NCBI GenBank assembly: GCA_964430785.1
Contig: CAYSFJ010000002.1
Coordinates: 1 to 54,410, forward strand
Origin: an uncultured Mycoplasma sp.
Lineage (GTDB): Bacteria > Bacillota_I > Bacilli_A > RF39 > UBA660
Direction: 5' to 3'
Length of the DNA stretch: 54,410 nt
Shown: piece by piece, positions 49,769 through 54,410 of the stretch
Layout: each line of letters opens with the position of its first letter
How positions within the stretch are numbered: the stretch's first letter is position 1
Notes under the pieces: generated by a model
What the model saw: only the letters and a program-made list of their open reading frames with translations
Database searches by the model: none
Told to the model about the DNA's origin: nothing
Position numbers and translations under genes: made by a program

Positions 49769-50017
49769 TTAATTACCTCTTTCTTTACTAGATATATCTA
49801 AAATATAACTATCCTCAATATCACAATATTTATCTACAATTGGATTAATTATATGAGTAGCACTAACTATTTCATCTATATCAATTCCTCCAACTTTATC
49901 AAGTATAACTTCCAAAAAAGCATACTTTCCCTTTTTTTTATAAGATATACTATCTACAAATATCTGCATATCTTTAATTGCAATATTAATCTTTTCAGTT
50001 AATTTACTAAAATCCAA
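49769..50017 (-). CDS. rimP: Ribosome maturation factor RimP, N-terminal domain only (82 aa)
   Basis: TTG start 4 nt after AAGGTGAT. The sequence ends ...YILDISSKERGN, exactly at the conserved Y-x-L-[ED]-V-S-S-P-G position. The nusA ATG follows 2 nt later. Confidence 0.65.
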   Translation of the reverse strand: MDFSKLTEKINIAIKDMQIFVDSISYKKKGKYAFLEVILDKVGGIDIDEIVSATHIINPIVDKYCDIEDSYILDISSKERGN

Positions 50018-50040
50018 ATATATCACCTTCTTATTAATAA

Positions 50041-50062
50041 AAGTGGGATTGCAAGCCCACTT
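50041..50062 (-). promoter_or_regulatory. Leader hairpin (possible attenuator) of the rimP-nusA-infB operon
   Basis: Stem AAGTGGG/CCCACTT with an 8-nt loop, followed by TTATTAAT, between the predicted promoter and the SD. Confidence 0.5.
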
Positions 50063-50076
50063 CAAATGTCTAATTT

Positions 50077-50105
50077 ATTTTACCATTAATTAGTAAATAT
50101 GTCTA
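50077..50105 (-). promoter_or_regulatory. Promoter of the rimP-nusA operon
   Basis: TAGACA, 17 nt (ending in TGG), TAAAAT on the minus strand. Confidence 0.55.
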
Positions 50106-50280
50106 CAATAAAAAGTTAAATTTGTTACTACTTAAGCCATTTATATAAAAAATGACATAAATTTAATATAAAAAAATAAAATATTTGTCTAAAAAATAAT
50201 TATTACTATATAAAATCTATTTATTTTAATTAAATAGTAACCAAAAAATTAATATTTTTTTAAAAAAGTTAAAAAAGCTA

Positions 50281-50309
50281 TTTACAAAAGAAAAAAAATA
50301 TACTATAAT
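50281..50309 (+). promoter_or_regulatory. Near-consensus sigma-A promoter with no downstream protein gene
   Basis: TTTACA, 17 nt, TATAAT on the plus strand. Confidence 0.6.
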
Positions 50310-50315
50310 TAGTTG

Positions 50316-50406
50316 GTTGTTGAAAAACAACACCTCTTTTTAATAATTAGTATAAATAATTATTAAGGATGTTCGAATCGTAATTTATGGGTTTACGATT
50401 TTTTTT
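50316..50406 (+). ncRNA. Candidate ~90-nt small RNA (three hairpins, ending in an intrinsic terminator)
   Basis: Hairpin 1 is GGTTGTTG-AAAAA-CAACACC. Hairpin 2 is TAATAATTA-GTATAAA-TAATTATTA. Hairpin 3 is AATCGTAA-TTTATGGGT-TTACGATT followed by TTTTTT. Only 4-7 codon ORFs lie inside. Confidence 0.4.
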
Positions 50407-50412
50407 ATAAAA

Positions 50413-50432
50413 AGACCTATAATAATAGGTCT
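50413..50432 (-). terminator. Terminator overlapping the pduL stop codon
   Basis: Stem AGACCTAT/ATAGGTCT, loop of 4 nt, then TTTTAT on the minus strand. Confidence 0.55.
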
Positions 50433-50971
50433 CCTTCATCATTTTGACTAATTATAAATGCGGCTGCATCATCAGTATCAATATGTAATTCAAAAAAAGC
50501 AGCATCTTTAATTTTAATATGGCATTCAATTATGCCTTTTTTTTCTTTTCCAAGTGAAACATTTACAATTTGTCTATTTTTTAAATTTAATTTTTGAGCT
50601 TCATCTTTAGTAATATGAATATGTCTTTGTGCAATAATTACACATTTTTTTGTTATTTGACCTTTTTGTGATATTATAGTAATATTTTCTGCCCCAAATA
50701 AATCACCACTTTCTCTTACTGGAGGATTAATACCAAATTTTATTGAATCACTTTTCGATAATTCAACTTGTGTATAATTTCTTAAAGGTCCCAATACTTT
50801 AACATTTTTAATTTCATATTTTTCCGTTTTTAACGTAACAACTTTATCAGTAACAAACTCACCAGGTTGATTTAATTTTTTTACAATATTATAACCATCA
50901 TCAAAAAGGATATCATAATCTTCCTTTGATAAATGCACGTGTCTATTACTAACACCTATACTAATTTTCAT
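50417..50971 (-). CDS. pduL: PduL-type phosphate acyltransferase (phosphotransacetylase/propanoyltransferase)
   Basis: Duplicated PTAC motif: GVSNRHVHLS and AQRHIHIT. 184 aa. Confidence 0.85.
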   Translation of the reverse strand: MKISIGVSNRHVHLSKEDYDILFDDGYNIVKKLNQPGEFVTDKVVTLKTEKYEIKNVKVLGPLRNYTQVELSKSDSIKFGINPPVRESGDLFGAENITIISQKGQITKKCVIIAQRHIHITKDEAQKLNLKNRQIVNVSLGKEKKGIIECHIKIKDAAFFELHIDTDDAAAFIISQNDEGDLLL

Positions 50972-51929
50972 TTTGACCTCCTATCACAAAATCACTTAGT
51001 TTTATATATATAAAACTAATAATAAATGAACTAATAAATAATCCTATAAGTAATAATAAAATATATATAATATAATTACTATTTCTAAAACTAAAATTTT
51101 TTAATAAAATCTTAAATAATACTTGACTAAAAAGTAAAGTATGAAATAAATATTTTTTTGTAAACTTTAATTTATTAAAATGCACCTTTTTAGTAAATAA
51201 AATATAAATACAAAATGACATAATCATTAGCATAATACTAATATTATCTAACAAATAACTGATAAAATTAAGTGAATGGTTAGATAAAAAGAATGTTATA
51301 ATGCTAGAATATAAATAAATAATTAAAAATACTATAAAATATAATCTAGTATTTTTAAAATTATCATTATATTTATTAATTAAATATCCCAATATAAAAT
51401 AACAAATATATATTAGACTATTAATGTCAAAAATCATATTAATATTTATAAAATTACTTAATAAATTAATAAGTCCACATAATAAAGTTATATATATAAT
51501 AATTTTTGTTTTTTGAATATTTATATTTTTTAAAAAATCTATAAATATAGGACTAATTAAATATAATATAAATAATATATCTAATAATTTTATTGAACTA
51601 CTTATTGGATTAAATAAATAATACAAAATATTTTTAATAGAAATATTATCTATATACATATTAATAATTGTAAAAATTATAATAGTTAAACAAAATTTTA
51701 TAATATTAGTTATATATTGATATTTATCGTATTTTTTATTTAAAAAATAATTTCCCATTAACATTATTAAGAGTACTTCACTAATACTTCCAAAAGCAAA
51801 ACAAAAAATAGAAAAAATATAATAAGATTTTATTTGAGTAAATGATCCTAAAAAATAACTACTTATAAATTTTAAAATAAACAAAATAGTTGTAATTAAA
51901 TATAATATATAGTTTTTATTATTTTTCAT
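50961..51929 (-). CDS. Polytopic membrane protein, family unknown
   Basis: 322 aa with about 9-10 hydrophobic segments and extreme Ile/Leu/Phe/Asn/Tyr bias. No motif recognised. Confidence 0.4.
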   Translation of the reverse strand: MKNNKNYILYLITTILFILKFISSYFLGSFTQIKSYYIFSIFCFAFGSISEVLLIMLMGNYFLNKKYDKYQYITNIIKFCLTIIIFTIINMYIDNISIKNILYYLFNPISSSIKLLDILFILYLISPIFIDFLKNINIQKTKIIIYITLLCGLINLLSNFININMIFDINSLIYICYFILGYLINKYNDNFKNTRLYFIVFLIIYLYSSIITFFLSNHSLNFISYLLDNISIMLMIMSFCIYILFTKKVHFNKLKFTKKYLFHTLLFSQVLFKILLKNFSFRNSNYIIYILLLLIGLFISSFIISFIYIKLSDFVIGGQNEN

Positions 51930-51943
51930 TATATATCCTTTCT

Positions 51944-52558
51944 TTAATAATTAAATTTTTCAATATTTTCTAAAGTTCCATGTTTAAATGTTAATTTAAA
52001 CATATCTATATCATTTTTTTCATTATCATAGATAACATTATCATTATACTCTATTACTAAATTATCCTCAAGGGTATATGATGGTTTAAATAATTTAGTT
52101 AAATAACCTAAAAATGCCCTTTTATGAGTAAATATTACTGCTTTACGAATGCTATTTAAATTAGTAATATGTTCTATTTCATCTGCAACTCTTTTACCAA
52201 CTTCACTCAAACTTTCACCACCAGTAAGTTTAATATTAAAATCATGTTCTTGCATAAAATAAACATCTTTAATTTTTTGTTTTTTTAAGTTACCAATTTT
52301 TTCATCAGCAAACTTATCTGAAGTATAAACATCTTTCCCTACTCTTTGTGAAAGCATTTTTGCAAACAAAATATTACTTGCATTAGGTGAAGAATAAATT
52401 GCATTTGTATCAGATAATATAGTTAATAATGAAACAGATTTTGCCATATCTTTTAACCTATTTATTATAGGTAATCTTATTTTGCTTTCAGATAAATTTA
52501 AATCATTATATATGAAGTTATTTTCTATAATATTATTGCATACAATAATAAGTTCCAT
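51944..52558 (-). CDS. Histidine-phosphatase (PGM/CobC) superfamily homolog lacking the RHG catalytic motif
   Basis: AIYSSPNASN, LTGGESLSEVGKRV and VIFTHKRAFLGYL align to the family blocks iysSPl.Ra, pgGES..ev..Rv and vvsHggvir. The N-terminal block reads IIVCNN where RHG is expected. Confidence 0.35.
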   Translation of the reverse strand: MELIIVCNNIIENNFIYNDLNLSESKIRLPIINRLKDMAKSVSLLTILSDTNAIYSSPNASNILFAKMLSQRVGKDVYTSDKFADEKIGNLKKQKIKDVYFMQEHDFNIKLTGGESLSEVGKRVADEIEHITNLNSIRKAVIFTHKRAFLGYLTKLFKPSYTLEDNLVIEYNDNVIYDNEKNDIDMFKLTFKHGTLENIEKFNY

Positions 52559-53403
52559 TATTCGCCCTTCAAATACTTTGCACTTAGCAAATAACCTATT
52601 AAAAAAAGTACCATACCAATTATAAATTCCAATAATTTAAATTTATAACCAAATATTAATATAATAATATTAATTATTGAGGCAAATACAAAACCTACAA
52701 TTGCAAAATAAGTTTTTATTTTATGCTTATCTAATAAATATTCCATAAGTTTACTCATACCAAATATACCAATTAACATTCCTATCATAAATACTAATAC
52801 AATAAAAATATTTGTATTAAGATTTTTAAAATGCATTGTATTAGATATAACGGCAAGAAGTGGTGCATAATAACCTAGTATTATAAGAATTGCACTTCCA
52901 GAAACACCTGGAATAATCATTGTACCAGCAGCTATAATTCCAACACCAAAAAGTTTTAAATAACCCATTAAATCTGTTACAATAATTGCATCTTGTCCAC
53001 TTCCTAAAAATGATATTGATATTAATATGGCCGCTCCAACAATAGAAAATAAAATATTTGCAAATGTTATTTTCTTTTCTGTTTTTTTAACAATCATTTG
53101 TATACCGCCCACAATTAAACCCACAAAAAATAATAATGTTGCTACTGGAAATTTTTTCAAAGTAATATTTAAAACAAGGCAACATACTATCGCCGAAGAT
53201 ATAACCCCCAAAGCAAAGCTTATTATAAATCCTTTTTCCTTTTTAAATGAAGTAAACAAATTATTAATTACTTTTAAAAGTCTTTCATAAATACCCATTG
53301 TCATTGCAAGAACTGAGGAACTAATTGGGAAAATAATTCCAAAACCAATTACAAATCCTTGCAAAAACGTAATAAATAAATTATCTTTTTTAGATTTTGT
53401 CAT
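52558..53403 (-). CDS. DUF368 family membrane protein (undecaprenyl-phosphate translocase family)
   Basis: Motifs FPISSSVLAMTMGIYERL and IPGVSGSAILIILGYY. About 8 TM segments. Confidence 0.75.
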   Translation of the reverse strand: MTKSKKDNLFITFLQGFVIGFGIIFPISSSVLAMTMGIYERLLKVINNLFTSFKKEKGFIISFALGVISSAIVCCLVLNITLKKFPVATLLFFVGLIVGGIQMIVKKTEKKITFANILFSIVGAAILISISFLGSGQDAIIVTDLMGYLKLFGVGIIAAGTMIIPGVSGSAILIILGYYAPLLAVISNTMHFKNLNTNIFIVLVFMIGMLIGIFGMSKLMEYLLDKHKIKTYFAIVGFVFASIINIIILIFGYKFKLLEFIIGMVLFLIGYLLSAKYLKGE

Positions 53404-54410
53404 TTTTAACCTCGATTTCTTTTATTTCAACTTTGTTAATTGCATCAAACTTTTTAGTTATTTTATCTGTTGTAGTTGTAAGTTCATCTACACTATTATT
53501 AACTGCCTTAATATTTTTAGATAATTTTTCCCATCTATCTTTATATCTAGAAAATTCTACAGAAAGTTTATTTAATTCTTCATGAATTACTTTTGCATAT
53601 TTATCTCTTTCTATATTTTTTATAATCATTGAGATTGTTGAAAGCGTAGATATTAAAGTTGTAGGACCAGTAATCCATACCTTATTATTATATGCATATG
53701 TAATAAGTTCTGGATGATATGCATTAATTTCTGCAAAAATAGCCTCCGCAGGTAAAAACATAATTGCTTCATCAGTTGTAACACCAGGAACAATATACTT
53801 ATTTTTTATATCATTAATATGTTTTTTAACATCCTGTACAAACATTTTTTCATAAACAGCTCTTTGTTCTTTTGTATAAGCCTTATTAACCATTTTTTGA
53901 TAATTTTCTAATGGAAATTTACTATCAATTGAAATAGTTCCAAGAGGAGATGGTGCATATAAAAGTGCATCAACTATGTACCCATTATCAAATTTCACTT
54001 GTGTATTATATATTCCCCCACTTGCAGGACCAAAAGCATTATTTAAAATATATTCAAGGTTAACTTCACCAAATGTTCCCCTAGTTTTCTTATCAGTAAG
54101 TACCCCTTGAAGAGATATAATATCCGCACCTAAATCATCAATTTTTCTTTGTGCTTCATCTATTTTAGAAAGTCTTTCTAAAACATTATTAAATGTTTTA
54201 TTACTTTTTTCAAAATTTTTATCAAGTCTTTCATTAACCATATCATTTATTAATGTAAGTTTTCTTTCAATTTTTTCATTTAATACTTCAAAATCATTAG
54301 TAAGTACCTTTGAAAAATCAAATTTAAAATCTCCAATTGACTTAGTAATATCAGTTTCAAATTTACCTAATTTTTCAATCATTTCATTATTATTTTTATT
54401 ATTATTTTTA
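53390..54410 (-). CDS. rmuC: DNA recombination protein RmuC (probably 5'-truncated by the window edge)
   Basis: RmuC core (GTFGEVNLEYIL ... SIDSKFPLENY ... MFLPAEAIFAEI). The frame stays open upstream of the ATG at 54382 to the window end (KNNNKNNNE). Confidence 0.85.
   Translation of the reverse strand, partial: KNNNKNNNEMIEKLGKFETDITKSIGDFKFDFSKVLTNDFEVLNEKIERKLTLINDMVNERLDKNFEKSNKTFNNVLERLSKIDEAQRKIDDLGADIISLQGVLTDKKTRGTFGEVNLEYILNNAFGPASGGIYNTQVKFDNGYIVDALLYAPSPLGTISIDSKFPLENYQKMVNKAYTKEQRAVYEKMFVQDVKKHINDIKNKYIVPGVTTDEAIMFLPAEAIFAEINAYHPELITYAYNNKVWITGPTTLISTLSTISMIIKNIERDKYAKVIHEELNKLSVEFSRYKDRWEKLSKNIKAVNNSVDELTTTTDKITKKFDAINKVEIKEIEVKNDKI

Overview
The window is a very AT-rich, gene-dense chromosomal segment from a low-GC Bacillota organism using the standard genetic code. 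TGG encodes Trp and TGA terminates genes, so this is not code 4. Most genes lie on the minus strand.

Gene order follows Bacilli-type housekeeping synteny:
- tyrS with a T-box leader, then ldh, murF and pflBA.
- ligA and pcrA.
- recX, nrnA and ackA.
- thiI, iscS and ezrA.
- tRNA-Arg and tRNA-Pro.
- A Ca-type P-type ATPase.
- rpe, rsgA, pknB, stp and rlmN.
- truB, rbfA, infB, ylxR, nusA and rimP.
- pduL, a DUF368 gene and rmuC.

I saw no transposase, integrase, CRISPR array, reverse transcriptase or obvious toxin-antitoxin pair.

Non-housekeeping content is concentrated at 0-2.8 kb, 15.4-21 kb and 21-28.5 kb. My best candidate for something undescribed is a tandem pair of small DUF11/CARDB-like proteins at 27494-28424. 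They have no signal peptide, and the motif of their last beta-strand sits on an N-terminal extension. One paralog lacks the C-terminal copy of that motif. This is the sequence logic of donor-strand-exchange fibres.

The same window holds sporulation hallmarks: an orphan SigG-like sigma factor and two unannotated YjcZ-type micro-ORFs.

Other candidates:
- A 749-aa prepilin-leader protein with Ig-like repeats and a Cys-rich tail, with no pilus machinery nearby.
- A HerA-like ATPase without NurA, tightly packed with HIT and CapA genes.
- An apparently leaderless AAA_14/DUF4143 ATPase gene preceded by three 32-bp direct repeats.
- An amidoligase fusion protein next to a TasA/SipW-type secreted protein.
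- A promoter-to-terminator small-RNA candidate.
- Several remodellings of the nusA-infB operon.

All family calls rest on motifs I recognise by eye. No searches or folding programs were run.
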